Of a DNA stretch of 64,000 nucleotides, positions 19,243-30,143 are shown in pieces. The stretch's first letter is position 1, and every line of letters begins with the position of its first letter. The position numbers and the translations under genes were made by a program. The notes under the pieces are model-generated. The model was given only the letters and a program-made list of their open reading frames with translations. It did not search any database and was not told the DNA's origin. Source of the DNA: Rickettsiales bacterium (GTDB taxonomy: Bacteria; Pseudomonadota; Alphaproteobacteria; Rickettsiales; UBA998); contig JBGTBD010000040.1 in the NCBI GenBank assembly GCA_041749475.1, positions 511-64,510 on the forward strand, in the 5' to 3' direction.

Positions 19243-21089
19243 ACGAAAAATCCCAGCCGTTGCTGGGTGAGATGTTGAAGGACGAAGGGCTGGTCAGTCA
19301 TGAATCGCTGCAGAAAGCCTTAGAGCACCAAGGTAACACGAAAGACGCGCTGGGGCAGGTGCTCACGCATCTCGGCATAGTCAAGCCACTGGCGCTGACC
19401 CGCATCCTCGCCCGCCAGCAACAAAAGCCCTTCGCTGATTTGGTCGCCGAGCCTCCGGAGCACGCGTTACTCCATACCGACCAAATTCCCGCCTATATCC
19501 ATCACCGCCTCCTGCCGTGGAAACGCGAAGGGGATACGGTCTGGGTGGCGATGGTGCAGGAATCACCCGCCGCGATTGCCTACGCCAAAACACTCTTCGG
19601 CGACTACGTCCACATCGCTTTAACGACGTCCTACGATATGACGCATGCGCTGGAAAAATCCTGCGGTGCGGTGCTGGACGACCACGCACGCAATCACCTG
19701 TTCAACCTGGATCGTCTTGCATCCGCCCGCGCCGAGCAACGGCCCCTGCCGCTGGTGGTGCTGGCGAGTATCGTCGTCATATTATGGTTTTGTTTACATC
19801 CGGATGTGATGCCGTGGATCGTCGGCGTGGCGGACCTGCTGTTCATCGCCACCATCGGTATGAAATGCCTGCTTTTCCTCGCCGCGTACGGCATGCCGCG
19901 CATCACCACACCCAAGGATGGGCTGAAAGCACTGGAGGAGGCAACCCTCCCCGTCTTCACCATCCTCGTCCCGCTTTACAAGGAAGCCGAAAGCATCCCC
20001 CGCCTTGTGCAGGCATTGAAGCGGCTGGACTATCCGGCAACACGGCTCGACATCAAGCTGATCGTCGAGGAGGATGACGCGAACACACTGGCCGCCATCC
20101 ACCGCGAAGCGCCGCCCGCCTGCTTCGAGATCATCCGTGTGCCATACTCCGAACCACGCACGAAACCCAAAGCCTGTAACTTCGCCCTGCAATTTGCCCG
20201 TGGGGAATTCATCACCATCTACGATGCGGAGGATGCCCCCGAACCGCAGCAACTGAAAAAAGCCGTCTACCAGTTCCGCACCTGCTCGCACGATGTTGTC
20301 TGCCTGCAAGCGCGCCTCAACTATTATAACCGCCGCGAGAATCTACTGACCGCACTGTTCTCACTCGAATACGCGACGCTGTTCGATTTCCTGATTCCCG
20401 GCCTCTATCGTTTGCGCCTGCCCATCCCGCTCGGCGGAACCAGCAACCATTTCCGCACCCACATCCTCCGCCAGATAGGCGAGTGGGACCCGTATAACGT
20501 GACCGAGGACGCCGATCTCGGCATCCGCCTTGCCTCAAAGGGGTACAAAACCTTGCCGCTCGATTCGCTGACGCTCGAAGAAGCGCCCATCACTCTCTGG
20601 GCATGGATGAAACAGCGCACGCGGTGGATCAAGGGCTATATGATCACCTGGCTGGTGGCGATGCGCCGCCCGGTGCAATTATTCCGCACACTTGGCCCGT
20701 GGGGATTCCTGGGGTTTCAACTCTTCATCGGCGGTGCATCCTTCGTCTATCTCATCACACCCATATTATGGACGATGATGGTGCTCTGGGTGACGGGAAT
20801 CGTCGATGCGGCCTATATGCCGCCTGCATGGGTACAGATGGCATGTCTGGGCGTGCTGGGGGCGGGGGTGGCCGTGCAATGGGCTATTGCCTGCTGGGTG
20901 GCCTCCATGCGGCTGTGGTGGGACGAATGGCTGGCCTTGCTGCTGTTTCCCTTATATTGGCTATTGCACTCGATCGCCTGCTATCGGGCGCTGTGGCAAC
21001 TGCTGACGGCCCCGTTTTATTGGGAAAAGACCTCGCACGGGCTCACCCGCATGGTTCCGGGCCGTTTCGAGGCGGTTGATTTTGCTTGA
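19227..21089 (+). CDS. GT2 glycosyltransferase with N-terminal MshEN/T2SSE_N domain
   Basis: LGEMLKDEGLVSHESLQKALEHQ and LGQVLTHLGIV..L..IL.RQ repeats; KPKACN, YDAED, VTEDADLG, QRTRW. Confidence 0.9.
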   Translation: MEAVVNEKSQPLLGEMLKDEGLVSHESLQKALEHQGNTKDALGQVLTHLGIVKPLALTRILARQQQKPFADLVAEPPEHALLHTDQIPAYIHHRLLPWKREGDTVWVAMVQESPAAIAYAKTLFGDYVHIALTTSYDMTHALEKSCGAVLDDHARNHLFNLDRLASARAEQRPLPLVVLASIVVILWFCLHPDVMPWIVGVADLLFIATIGMKCLLFLAAYGMPRITTPKDGLKALEEATLPVFTILVPLYKEAESIPRLVQALKRLDYPATRLDIKLIVEEDDANTLAAIHREAPPACFEIIRVPYSEPRTKPKACNFALQFARGEFITIYDAEDAPEPQQLKKAVYQFRTCSHDVVCLQARLNYYNRRENLLTALFSLEYATLFDFLIPGLYRLRLPIPLGGTSNHFRTHILRQIGEWDPYNVTEDADLGIRLASKGYKTLPLDSLTLEEAPITLWAWMKQRTRWIKGYMITWLVAMRRPVQLFRTLGPWGFLGFQLFIGGASFVYLITPILWTMMVLWVTGIVDAAYMPPAWVQMACLGVLGAGVAVQWAIACWVASMRLWWDEWLALLLFPLYWLLHSIACYRALWQLLTAPFYWEKTSHGLTRMVPGRFEAVDFA

Positions 21090-21114
21090 CGGGCTGGGGT
21101 TCACCCGCTAAAAC
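21086..21114 (+). promoter_or_regulatory. Sigma70-type promoter for rpmJ
   Basis: TTGACG-N17-TAAAAC upstream of rpmJ. Confidence 0.5.
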
Positions 21115-21137
21115 ACCCGCTCTTTCAGGGGAATATT

Positions 21138-21263
21138 ATGAAAATTCTGAGTTCGCTAAAGTCCGCAAAAAAACGTGATAAGAATTGCCGCGTCGTTCGC
21201 CGCAAAGGTCGTATCTACGTGATTAACAAGACGAATCCCCGCTTCAAAGCGCGTCAGGGCTAA
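21138..21263 (+). CDS. rpmJ: 50S ribosomal protein L36, type B (Zn-independent)
   Basis: Read directly from DNA (absent from the ORF track): [41 protein letters not shown]. Confidence 0.97.
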   Translation: MKILSSLKSAKKRDKNCRVVRRKGRIYVINKTNPRFKARQG

Positions 21264-21349
21264 TTAGCTTTTAATCGTTGGTTACTAGGCTTTGGTCGTT
21301 AGCAATAGGATTGCTGCGTGACCCGCTATCCATTTTTCATTTTACATCT

Positions 21350-21449
21350 TCATACCAGCGAAAGCTGGTATCCAGCAGTTTTGTTCGCGATGAAAAAGAC
21401 TGCTATACAAGAGCATACAAAGCTGGATGCCAGCCTACGCTGGCATGAC
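21350..21449. repeat. Palindromic doublet element
   Basis: TCATACCAGCGAAAGCTGGTATCCAG...CTGGATGCCAGCCTACGCTGGCATGAC between convergent genes. Confidence 0.75.
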
Positions 21450-21482
21450 CATAAAAATGGGTAATTGAATATTTTGGTAAAT

Positions 21483-21875
21483 CTACTGAACGTAGATATG
21501 CACTTCGTGATAGCGCAGTGCGGCGGAGCGTTCGTTGACGACGTTGATGCGCTCGCGCGGAACCCCCATTTTCGTCAGTGTCTGGATAACGTTGCTGAGG
21601 TTACGTTTGGCCATATCCTCAGTCACGCTGCGGTTACTCGTGCCCGTGGGGACGAAGGAGACGACTTCCAGCAGCACGGTCGGCTTGATGGCGACGGCGC
21701 GGGAAACCGCATTGTAAAGCTGCTGCTCGAAATAGACCTTCCGCTGGTTGAAGCGGATCACCACCAGCGGAATATCCGCCGACGCGGAGGCGACAGGGGC
21801 TGTTTGCGCGAAGATGGGGCTGGCGGGAAGGGCGACGTTGATAATGGCCGCAAGTAGAAGAGGAAGTGTTTTCAT
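21483..21875 (-). CDS. Exported hypothetical protein
   Basis: Signal peptide MKTLPLLLAA; PLVVIRF...YNAVSRAV...V.QTL..MGVP..RI...EVHIYV, weakly OmpA-C-like. Confidence 0.75.
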   Translation of the reverse strand: MKTLPLLLAAIINVALPASPIFAQTAPVASASADIPLVVIRFNQRKVYFEQQLYNAVSRAVAIKPTVLLEVVSFVPTGTSNRSVTEDMAKRNLSNVIQTLTKMGVPRERINVVNERSAALRYHEVHIYVQ

Positions 21876-22109
21876 ATCATCGCTTATAAAGCTGACGGCA
21901 TAAGGATGCAAAAAGAATTTAGTGGTAGGGGGACAATTCCTTTGCCCTGTGACGGATATGGGCAAGCAATCACAGGTTGCGCTATCTTCGTGTGAGTGTA
22001 AGTGGATCACAGAGAGCACACAACACCAAAAACTAAACCTATGCGTGTAATTCGCATTGAGCATATTGCTTTTTTATGCCATATTGCAGCCGGAAATGGG
22101 AAGGAACGC

Positions 22110-23228
22110 ATGCTCTCTACTCACCCGCTGACGCAGGAAGACTCAACCTTTGGTCGCAAAGAGTGGTCTATACCTATGGTTGTGAACAGTGAGCGTGCCC
22201 CTTCTTCTCAGGCGCATATCTGGATAGGGGCGAAAGCGCTTTCCACCATCGGCTCCTACCTGCCGGCCACGGCGACGTTGATTGAAGACAAGACGCGTCT
22301 CCTCTCCGATGAATTCCAGAAACTGGCCGAAGCCGCCTCGACTCAGGCCGCTCACGTGGAAGAAGTGGTGGAGGTGGCCAATACCATCCTGCTCGACGGG
22401 GCAGAGGTGGAGCTGACGGCGGCGCTTGACGTCATCCGCCGCAGTCTGCGGGAGGCGATCCTGAACATCCTCGAAGTTTCCAAGCTTGCCGTGTCGATGG
22501 CCGACCAGTTTGAGAGTGCGCTATCCGACCTGCGCCAGATTACCAGCTTCGTCAACACCATCCGCAAGATCACCCGCCAGACCAAGCTGTTGGCCCTGAA
22601 CGCCAATATCGAGGCGGCCGCGGCGGGAGATGCGGGCAAAGGGTTCCGTGTCGTCGCCAATGAAGTGAAGGTATTGTCGCAGGAGATTTCTGAACTGGCG
22701 GAGCATATGGAGCGGTTGATATTCAACGTCAGCGAAAGCGTTAACCGCAGTTACAAAACTCTTTGCGAGGTTGCCGCCATCGACATGACCGAGAATATCC
22801 TGATTCAGGAAAAAGTCGGCAACATCATGAACGCCATCATCCACCAGAACGAAAAATTCTGCGGCGTGATGCAGAAGGCTGTCAACGATTCCCGCCACTC
22901 CGCCCGCGTCATCAGCGAGATGATCGTCGGCATGCAGTTTCAGGATTACGTGTCGCAGAATCTCGGCAATAGCGTCAACGTCCTGCTCGCCTTGGCAGAT
23001 ATGCTGGAGCAGGTGACGCATGAGCCAGTGGGTGCGCTCCCCTCAGGAAACGAAATGGGCAGGCGACTGTGGGAATTATTCCGACTGGGGGAGCTGCGCG
23101 GCAAATTCCTCGCAAGTCTGGAGGATGATGAACTCTTCGCCGAACTGGCGCAGGAACTCTGCGCTGAACTGGGACACACGGCCACCGTGAAGAGCGCAAC
23201 ACAACATGACGAGATCGAACTTTTTTAG
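22110..23228 (+). CDS. Soluble methyl-accepting chemotaxis-like protein
   Basis: QTKLLALNANIEAAAAGDAGKGFRVVANEVK; MQFQD motif; no TM; AAGGA RBS before ATG 22110. Confidence 0.85.
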   Translation: MLSTHPLTQEDSTFGRKEWSIPMVVNSERAPSSQAHIWIGAKALSTIGSYLPATATLIEDKTRLLSDEFQKLAEAASTQAAHVEEVVEVANTILLDGAEVELTAALDVIRRSLREAILNILEVSKLAVSMADQFESALSDLRQITSFVNTIRKITRQTKLLALNANIEAAAAGDAGKGFRVVANEVKVLSQEISELAEHMERLIFNVSESVNRSYKTLCEVAAIDMTENILIQEKVGNIMNAIIHQNEKFCGVMQKAVNDSRHSARVISEMIVGMQFQDYVSQNLGNSVNVLLALADMLEQVTHEPVGALPSGNEMGRRLWELFRLGELRGKFLASLEDDELFAELAQELCAELGHTATVKSATQHDEIELF

Positions 23229-23239
23229 AGGAGGTAGCC

Positions 23240-23503
23240 TTGGAGACTATGCAGGAACGTCTGGACATACGTGATGCCCATGCTTTTCAGGATTTACTGA
23301 TTCGCCTGATGGAAACGAATGCACCCGTGTGCGAGCTGGACGCTTCACGTATCAGCGCTATCACCACCCCGAACCTCCAACTGCTCATGGCCAGTCGCCG
23401 TGCACTTGCACGCACTGGCAGTCGTCTCACCATTGTCAACCCGTCTGAACCATTCCGTCAGGCCGCCTCACGACTGGGTCTGGAAGAATTACTCGAACCC
23501 TAA
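23240..23503 (+). CDS. STAS domain protein
   Basis: LDASRISAITTPNLQLL...LGLEELL; lies before cheY; GAGGAGG RBS. Confidence 0.8.
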   Translation: METMQERLDIRDAHAFQDLLIRLMETNAPVCELDASRISAITTPNLQLLMASRRALARTGSRLTIVNPSEPFRQAASRLGLEELLEP

Positions 23504-23512
23504 GGAGCATCT

Positions 23513-23878
23513 ATGGCCAAACGTGCCATTTCAGTCGACGATTCCAAAACCATGCGCGACATGGTCTCCTATACGCTGACCCATGCGGGGTTCGACGTCA
23601 TTCAGGCCGAGAACGGCGAGGAGGCGCTGAAACTGCTGGGGCAGGAGAAGGTCGACGTCGTCATCACCGACCTCAATATGCCGATCATGGACGGCATCAC
23701 CCTGATACGCAACCTGCGCGGCATGAGCGATTACAAATTTACCCCCATTCTGATGCTGACTACAGAATCGGACGGCAGCATGAAGGAACAGGGTAAATCC
23801 GCCGGGGCGACGGGTTGGATCGTCAAGCCCTTCAACCCGGAAAAGCTGGTCGAAGTCGTCCAGCGCGTCTGCGCGTGA
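23513..23878 (+). CDS. cheY: Chemotaxis response regulator CheY
   Basis: VDDS, TDLNMP, LTTES, GWIVKPF; directly before cheA. Confidence 0.92.
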   Translation: MAKRAISVDDSKTMRDMVSYTLTHAGFDVIQAENGEEALKLLGQEKVDVVITDLNMPIMDGITLIRNLRGMSDYKFTPILMLTTESDGSMKEQGKSAGATGWIVKPFNPEKLVEVVQRVCA

Positions 23879-23885
23879 GGGGCTG

Positions 23886-25964
23886 ATGCAACTCGATCTC
23901 CAGCAATTCCGCGAGACGTATATACAGGAATGCACCGAACTCCTCATGGATATGGAGGAGAAGCTGCTCGAACTGGAAAAGGGCAACGAGGATATCGAGT
24001 TGCTACACGCCATCTTCCGCTGCATCCATTCGGTAAAAGGCGGCGCGGGAGCGTTCGGGCTGACGCAGATCGCGGAATTCACCCATGAATTTGAATATCT
24101 GCTGGATGCGATGCGCAGTCACCAGATTCCCCTAACGCCGCAGCTGATAGAATTGCTCTTTCATGGCCATACCGTCGTGGAACGGATGGTGATGGCCGCG
24201 AAGCAGGGGCAGGAGGATCGGGGGGAGGACGTCGCGCCGTTGCTCGATGCCATCCGCGCCATCATCCGTCCTGGAGAGAAAGCATTGGTTGGTATGCCAC
24301 TCACCGCATCGCCACGGGTGACGGGTAGGCAGCGCTATTATATCGTCTTCCGCCCCGCCCCGGCATTACTCCAGACCGGCAACGACCCACTCTACATTTT
24401 CCGTGGGCTGGAAGCGCTGGGGGAGATGGCGGTGCAATGTGACGCGTCGGGGTTGCCGGAATTCACCGCTATCGACCCCGAGCAGTGCTACCTCACATGG
24501 CATATCACGCTGGATACGGAAGCAGGCCGCGAAGCCATCGCCGCGCAGTTCGAATTCGTTGAGGATTGTGCGGATATTGCCATCACCGAAGCGTCCGACA
24601 AATCGGACAGTTCTATCACGAAGAATGACTGCATCTCACCCCAAGTGATGCATCCCACGCCATTCGCTTCTGCCCACCCCATACCCCCTGCGGCAGAAGC
24701 GGGGCGGGGTGGCGGCACACCTATCCCATCTCCCGCCGCCACCCCGTCGAGTCACCCCGGAAGCATCCGTGTCGATATCGAGAAAATTGACCGTCTGGTG
24801 AATATGGTCGGCGAACTCGTCATCTCGCAAGGCATGCTGCAAATGCAGTCGCTGAGCCTGCCGCAGGATCATTACATCCTCATCGCCCACGGTATCGAGA
24901 CCCTGGCCCAGCACACGCGCGAATTACAGGAATCGGTGATGAGCGTCCGTATGCAGCCTGTCAAGAACCTCTTCTCCCGCATGCCACGCACGGTGCGTGA
25001 CGTGGCGCAGAAGATGGGCAAGAAGATGAAACTGGAGATGCACGGCGAGGCGACCGAGATTGACAAGACCATCATCGAACAACTCTCCGACCCGCTGATG
25101 CACATGATACGCAACGCCGCCGACCACGGTATCGAGATGCCTGACATTCGTAGGGCTGCCGGCAAGCGGGAAGAGGGGACGATAGTTCTTTCCGCGCTGA
25201 ACCACGGCGGGCGCATAGAGATCGTCATTGAAGACGACGGCGCGGGCATTAACCGCGAGAAGGTACAAAAACTCGCCATCGAAAAAGGCGTCATTTCCGC
25301 ACAGGATAATCTGACGACACAGCAGGTGGACGAACTCATCTTCGCCCCCGGTTTCTCGACGGCGGATACCATATCGGACATCTCCGGACGCGGGGTGGGG
25401 ATGGATGTGGTACGGCGTAATATCGAAGCCATCGGCGGCACGATCACCACCCAGAACATGCCGGGCAAAGGGGCGCGCTTCGCTATCTCGCTGCCGCTGA
25501 CACTGGCCATCCTCGACGGAATGGCGGTGCGCTCGGGTGACGAGACCTACATCATCCCCATCGTCAATATCGTGGAAACACTACGGCCAAAAAAAGCGCA
25601 GGTGAACGCGCTCGGTACGGGGGTGGATGTCGTCAGCATCCGCGGGGAATATCTGCCGCTGGTCTATCTCGGCGATGTCTTCTCCATCACCGGAACGATG
25701 CGTAACGCGTGGGAAGCGTTGATCGTCGTCGTTGAAACGGGGAAAGAAAAATATGGGATCGTGGTCGATGACCTGCTCGGCCAGCAACAAGTGGTCATCA
25801 AAAGCATCGAAGAGAATTCCGACCCCGTCGAAGGCATCTCCGGTGCAACGATATTGGGTGATGGAAAAGTCTCCATGATCCTCGACGTGCTGGCCATCTT
25901 CCGCATGGGCCGCCACACCGCCAATACGCATTCATTCACCCCCCCGTTACTTGCAACCGCATAA
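23886..25964 (+). CDS. cheA: Chemotaxis histidine kinase CheA
   Basis: IFRCIHSVKGGAG (HPt), HMIRNAADHG, SGRGVGMDVV, CheW domain. Confidence 0.97.
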   Translation: MQLDLQQFRETYIQECTELLMDMEEKLLELEKGNEDIELLHAIFRCIHSVKGGAGAFGLTQIAEFTHEFEYLLDAMRSHQIPLTPQLIELLFHGHTVVERMVMAAKQGQEDRGEDVAPLLDAIRAIIRPGEKALVGMPLTASPRVTGRQRYYIVFRPAPALLQTGNDPLYIFRGLEALGEMAVQCDASGLPEFTAIDPEQCYLTWHITLDTEAGREAIAAQFEFVEDCADIAITEASDKSDSSITKNDCISPQVMHPTPFASAHPIPPAAEAGRGGGTPIPSPAATPSSHPGSIRVDIEKIDRLVNMVGELVISQGMLQMQSLSLPQDHYILIAHGIETLAQHTRELQESVMSVRMQPVKNLFSRMPRTVRDVAQKMGKKMKLEMHGEATEIDKTIIEQLSDPLMHMIRNAADHGIEMPDIRRAAGKREEGTIVLSALNHGGRIEIVIEDDGAGINREKVQKLAIEKGVISAQDNLTTQQVDELIFAPGFSTADTISDISGRGVGMDVVRRNIEAIGGTITTQNMPGKGARFAISLPLTLAILDGMAVRSGDETYIIPIVNIVETLRPKKAQVNALGTGVDVVSIRGEYLPLVYLGDVFSITGTMRNAWEALIVVVETGKEKYGIVVDDLLGQQQVVIKSIEENSDPVEGISGATILGDGKVSMILDVLAIFRMGRHTANTHSFTPPLLATA

Positions 25965-25974
25965 GGAGCAGCCG

Positions 25975-26496
25975 ATGCAAATGGAACTCAATACTCAGGA
26001 GCAAAACCAGTTCGACCTTGAATTGCACCAGTTCCTGACCTTCACCGTACAGGAGCAGGAATACGGGGTCGATATCCGCTCCATCCGTGAGATCAAGGCA
26101 TGGTCACCTACCACGCGCCTGCCTAACGCTCCACGCGCCATGCGCGGCGTCATTAACCTGCGCGGCAGCATCATACCCGTATTCGACATGCGCGAACGCT
26201 TCTACCAAAGCGACACGGATGCCAGCAGCAAGCATGTTATTATCATCGTCGATATTGGTAATCGCCTGATCGGAATGTTAGTCGATACTGTTTCCGACAT
26301 CATCACGACCGAACGCGGCGACATTAAATCCCCGCCAAGCGGTACGGTGCAGATCGACGAACGCTACGTCGCCGGTCTGGTCTCTATTGAAGAACGCATG
26401 ATCATCCTGCTCGATACCCTCCAGCTATTCGATATGCACTCCCTTTCCCAACTTTCCCAGCCCAACGCACAAAATGGAGCCTCCTATGTTCAATAA
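25975..26496 (+). CDS. cheW: Chemotaxis adaptor CheW
   Basis: FLTF...[21 protein letters not shown]. Confidence 0.95.
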   Translation: MQMELNTQEQNQFDLELHQFLTFTVQEQEYGVDIRSIREIKAWSPTTRLPNAPRAMRGVINLRGSIIPVFDMRERFYQSDTDASSKHVIIIVDIGNRLIGMLVDTVSDIITTERGDIKSPPSGTVQIDERYVAGLVSIEERMIILLDTLQLFDMHSLSQLSQPNAQNGASYVQ

Positions 26497-29293
26497 CTTG
26501 CAATATTCCGCGAAATTGCCGCTAATCATAGCAATGGCTGCTATCACCACGGGCGTGGTCGTCGGTTTCGCCAACTTCATCACCGCCAAGCACGAGATTA
26601 GCCAGATCACCATTGATAGTCTGAATACGGTGATCGACAGCAAAAAGCATGATCTCGAAGAAGATATGAAATTGATTCAAGGGAACGTGACGCTGATGGC
26701 GAAAAACCCCAGCCTCATCAACGCTTTGCAGGAATTTCAAAAAGGGTGGGAAACAGCCAAAGCTGAAGGCAAGAACCCGACGGAGTATTATCGCCATCTC
26801 TACGTCGATGCCAACGCCAATCCAATTGGCAGCAAAGGAGCGCTGGACGCCGCACCGGATGGATCGTATTACAGCGACGTCCACCGCCAGTTCCACCCGT
26901 GGTTGCGAGAATATATTGTTCAGAACGAGCTATATGATCTGTTCCTATTCAACGCAGCAGGGGAAGCGATCTACACCATCGCCAAGGAGCCGGACTATGC
27001 GACCAATTTCGCGCGGGGGCCATACCAGTCGAGCAATCTGGGCGCCATCGTACAAAAAGCATTAATCGGCGAGGGCAAGGATGCAACGCTTTATGCGGAT
27101 TTCGAAACTTATGCCCCGAGCAATGGCGTGCCTGCCAGTTTCATGGCTGCACCCGTGTACGGCGCGGACGGCACGCTCATCGGTGCAGTAGCGGTGCAAC
27201 TCTCCACAGCCAAGATGAACGAAGTGACGGATAACGATAATCTGGGTGAGACGGGCGAGGCCTTTGTCGTCGGCCCCGATTATCTACTGCGCACCGACAA
27301 CCCTGACACGGAAGCAAACGACATCCTCGCTCAGAAGATGGATATGGAAGCCGTACGGCTGGCACTGGAAGGAAAAAGCGGAGAACTGAACACGGTAATG
27401 GATAATCAGGCGCTAATACAACTCTACGCACCGGTGCAAATAGGCGGCGTGAACTATGCCCTGATCGCCCAGATGCACGAATCGGAGATCTTCGCACCTA
27501 TCGTTAGAATGCGGGTGGATTCACTTACGCAAGGGGGCATTGCGCTCCTCGTCATCCTGATGGTTGGAACCTTTGCCGCCCGACGTATGAGCCGTTCCCT
27601 TAAATCGCTGGGGGCGACCATTTCCGAAATCGCAGGGGGAAAATTGAACCTTCAGATTCCCATGCTGAAGCAGAAGGACGAACTGGGTGACATCGCCCGC
27701 TCCATGCTGGCTATCACCAACCTCGGAGGCAGGAGTGCTCGCCTGCAAAGTATGATCGATAACATCAACCTGCCGATGATGATGTGCGACAGGAATTTCA
27801 TCGTCACCTATACCAACAAGGCCTCTGTTAGCGAGCTGACAAAGCTGGAGCAATACCTGCCCATCAGGGTTGGTGAGTTGGTGGGTAATTCTATCGATAT
27901 CTTCCATAAGAATCCTTCACATCAAAGGAAATTGTTACAGGACAGGATGAAATTACCGCACAAGGCAAAGTTTCCTATCGGCCCGGAATGGATGGCGCTG
28001 GACGCCGAAATGCTGCCGGACGATAAGGGAGAGTTTGACGGGGCGTTCGTTACCTGGCGTATCGTCACCGATCAGGTAAAAGCGGAACAGGCGGTGAAGG
28101 ATGCACAAGAGAGCATTAACCAAGTCCTGAAAGCCGCCAGTGAAGGCCGTTTGGAAGAACGGCTGAACCTGAACGAGTTTGATGGTTTCTACCGTGCTCT
28201 GGCGGAAAGTATCAATCTCCTGATGGATACTATCGTTGAACCGATCAATAAGTCCATTGAGGTGGCACGCATCATGGCGGCAGGAAACCTCACGCGCACG
28301 ATGGAAGGCGAGTACGGTGGCTCCTTTGCCGATATGCAATCTTCACTGAACGATACCATCACGGGTTTGCGCGATCTGGTCTATAAGATCCGCGAGGCGA
28401 GTGACGCGGTCAACAGTTCCGCCAAAGAGATCGCTGCCGGCAGCCAGAATCTCTCAGAACGGACGGAGAATCAAGCCTCTTCTCTGGAAGAAACCGCGGC
28501 CTCAATGGAAGAGATAACAGGCACGGTCAACAGCAATGCCGAGCGCACCCGCGAAGCGCGGGAGGAATCCTCGCAAGCGCGAGAGGCAGCGCAGAAGGGA
28601 GGAGAGGTCGTCAAGACCGCAATTGAGGCAATGGGTCGCATCGAATCTTCCTCGCAAAAAATCGCTGACATTATTGGAGTCATCGACGAGATCGCCTTCC
28701 AGACCAACCTGCTGGCGCTAAACGCCGCCGTAGAAGCCGCCCGTGCAGGCGAAGCAGGCAAGGGCTTCGCCGTGGTGGCTTCTGAGGTGCGTTCGCTGGC
28801 TGGCCGTTCCTCATCGGCGTCTAAGGAAATCAAAGGACTGATTCAGCAAAGCGTCGAGCAGGTGAAGACGGGTTCGCGCTACGTCAACCAGACTGGTGAA
28901 ACACTGGACGAAATCGTCCGCTCGGTGGTGAAGGTCTCGGACATCATCACCTCCATCGCCGAAGCAAGCCGCGAGCAAAGTTCCGGAGTGGGCGAGATCA
29001 ACACCTCCATCTCCCAGATGGACGAGATGACGCAGCAGAATGCGGCGCTTGTAGAGCAAACCAATGCAGCCGTGCAGATGCTGGCGCAGAAAGGTCAAGA
29101 ACTGAACCGCCTGATGCAACAATTCAAGCTGGACGAACAGGCTCGCGATGCGGGGTTTGGCACCAAACCGATGTTGACCAACGCCTCTCAAAAGCCATTC
29201 AAGCCCAAGGCAAACGGCAACGGGCATCACTATAAACCAGTGAAGTCTGCCGCTGCTGCAACGACTCTGGAGCAGGGATGGGAGGAATTCTAG
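26486..29293 (+). CDS. Methyl-accepting chemotaxis protein (Cache-HAMP-PAS-HAMP-MA)
   Basis: Two TMs, periplasmic YDLFL/FETYAPS Cache-like region, PAS ([15 protein letters not shown]), [22 protein letters not shown]-terminal WEEF tether. Confidence 0.95.
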   Translation: MFNNLQYSAKLPLIIAMAAITTGVVVGFANFITAKHEISQITIDSLNTVIDSKKHDLEEDMKLIQGNVTLMAKNPSLINALQEFQKGWETAKAEGKNPTEYYRHLYVDANANPIGSKGALDAAPDGSYYSDVHRQFHPWLREYIVQNELYDLFLFNAAGEAIYTIAKEPDYATNFARGPYQSSNLGAIVQKALIGEGKDATLYADFETYAPSNGVPASFMAAPVYGADGTLIGAVAVQLSTAKMNEVTDNDNLGETGEAFVVGPDYLLRTDNPDTEANDILAQKMDMEAVRLALEGKSGELNTVMDNQALIQLYAPVQIGGVNYALIAQMHESEIFAPIVRMRVDSLTQGGIALLVILMVGTFAARRMSRSLKSLGATISEIAGGKLNLQIPMLKQKDELGDIARSMLAITNLGGRSARLQSMIDNINLPMMMCDRNFIVTYTNKASVSELTKLEQYLPIRVGELVGNSIDIFHKNPSHQRKLLQDRMKLPHKAKFPIGPEWMALDAEMLPDDKGEFDGAFVTWRIVTDQVKAEQAVKDAQESINQVLKAASEGRLEERLNLNEFDGFYRALAESINLLMDTIVEPINKSIEVARIMAAGNLTRTMEGEYGGSFADMQSSLNDTITGLRDLVYKIREASDAVNSSAKEIAAGSQNLSERTENQASSLEETAASMEEITGTVNSNAERTREAREESSQAREAAQKGGEVVKTAIEAMGRIESSSQKIADIIGVIDEIAFQTNLLALNAAVEAARAGEAGKGFAVVASEVRSLAGRSSSASKEIKGLIQQSVEQVKTGSRYVNQTGETLDEIVRSVVKVSDIITSIAEASREQSSGVGEINTSISQMDEMTQQNAALVEQTNAAVQMLAQKGQELNRLMQQFKLDEQARDAGFGTKPMLTNASQKPFKPKANGNGHHYKPVKSAAAATTLEQGWEEF

Positions 29294-29294
29294 G

Positions 29295-30143
29295 ATGTCT
29301 GAGTCCGAGGGGGGAGGTCGTGAATTCGCATTCACCGAGCGGGATTTCCGTTTCCTGAAGGATCAGGCCTATGCTTATGCGGGCATCGCGCTCTCAGATC
29401 AGAAACAGGCGATGGTCTATTCCCGCCTCGCCCGCCGTATACGGCAATTAGGGTTGAGTAGCATGGCGGAATATTGCGAGTTGTTGAAGAGTGACTATGC
29501 GGATGAGGAACAGGTGCACTTCATCAACGCGATTACCACAAACCTTACCAAATTCTTCCGTGAGCCGCATCATTACGATCATCTCGCGGGTGTACTACGC
29601 GACTATACGCAGAAACGTTCTACACCGGAATTCCGCTTATGGTCGGCAGGCTGTTCCCGTGGGATGGAAGTGTACTCCGCTGCCATCACCTTATTCGATA
29701 CATGGCCCTCCGTTAGTGCAAGGGATGTGGTCTTCCTCGCCACCGATATCGACACACGTATCTTGCAAGAAGCAGAGCAGGGTGTTTATACGGGGGAGGG
29801 TGTGGAGGCGCTTTCATCCCTGCATAAAAGCAAATATTTCACCTCCCATCCCCGTAAGGAAGGAACGGTGCAGGTAGTGCAGAAGTTACGCGACCTGGTG
29901 CACTTTCGGCATCTCAATTTTATGCATGACTGGCCCATGCGGCACCGTTTCAACGTCATCTTTTGTCGCAATGTGTTGATCTATTTTGATCGCCCGACGC
30001 AGCAGAATATTCTCAGCCGTTTCGCCCAGAAACTTATCCCCGGAGGAACGCTCTATATCGGCCATTCGGAAAGCATCGGCGAGGCCGCACGCTTTTTCTC
30101 CTATCAGGGTAACACGACCTATATCAGGAATGACGTGCCATGA
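29295..30143 (+). CDS. cheR: Chemotaxis methyltransferase CheR
   Basis: TTNLTKFFRE, WSAGCS.G.E, ATDID, IFCRNVLIYF, GHSE. Confidence 0.95.
   Translation: MSESEGGGREFAFTERDFRFLKDQAYAYAGIALSDQKQAMVYSRLARRIRQLGLSSMAEYCELLKSDYADEEQVHFINAITTNLTKFFREPHHYDHLAGVLRDYTQKRSTPEFRLWSAGCSRGMEVYSAAITLFDTWPSVSARDVVFLATDIDTRILQEAEQGVYTGEGVEALSSLHKSKYFTSHPRKEGTVQVVQKLRDLVHFRHLNFMHDWPMRHRFNVIFCRNVLIYFDRPTQQNILSRFAQKLIPGGTLYIGHSESIGEAARFFSYQGNTTYIRNDVP

Noticed and set aside
22068-22082. Possible sigma54 promoter TGGCAT...GC near the che operon
   Set aside because: GG-GC spacing is 9 rather than 10 nt, and it points away from the operon.
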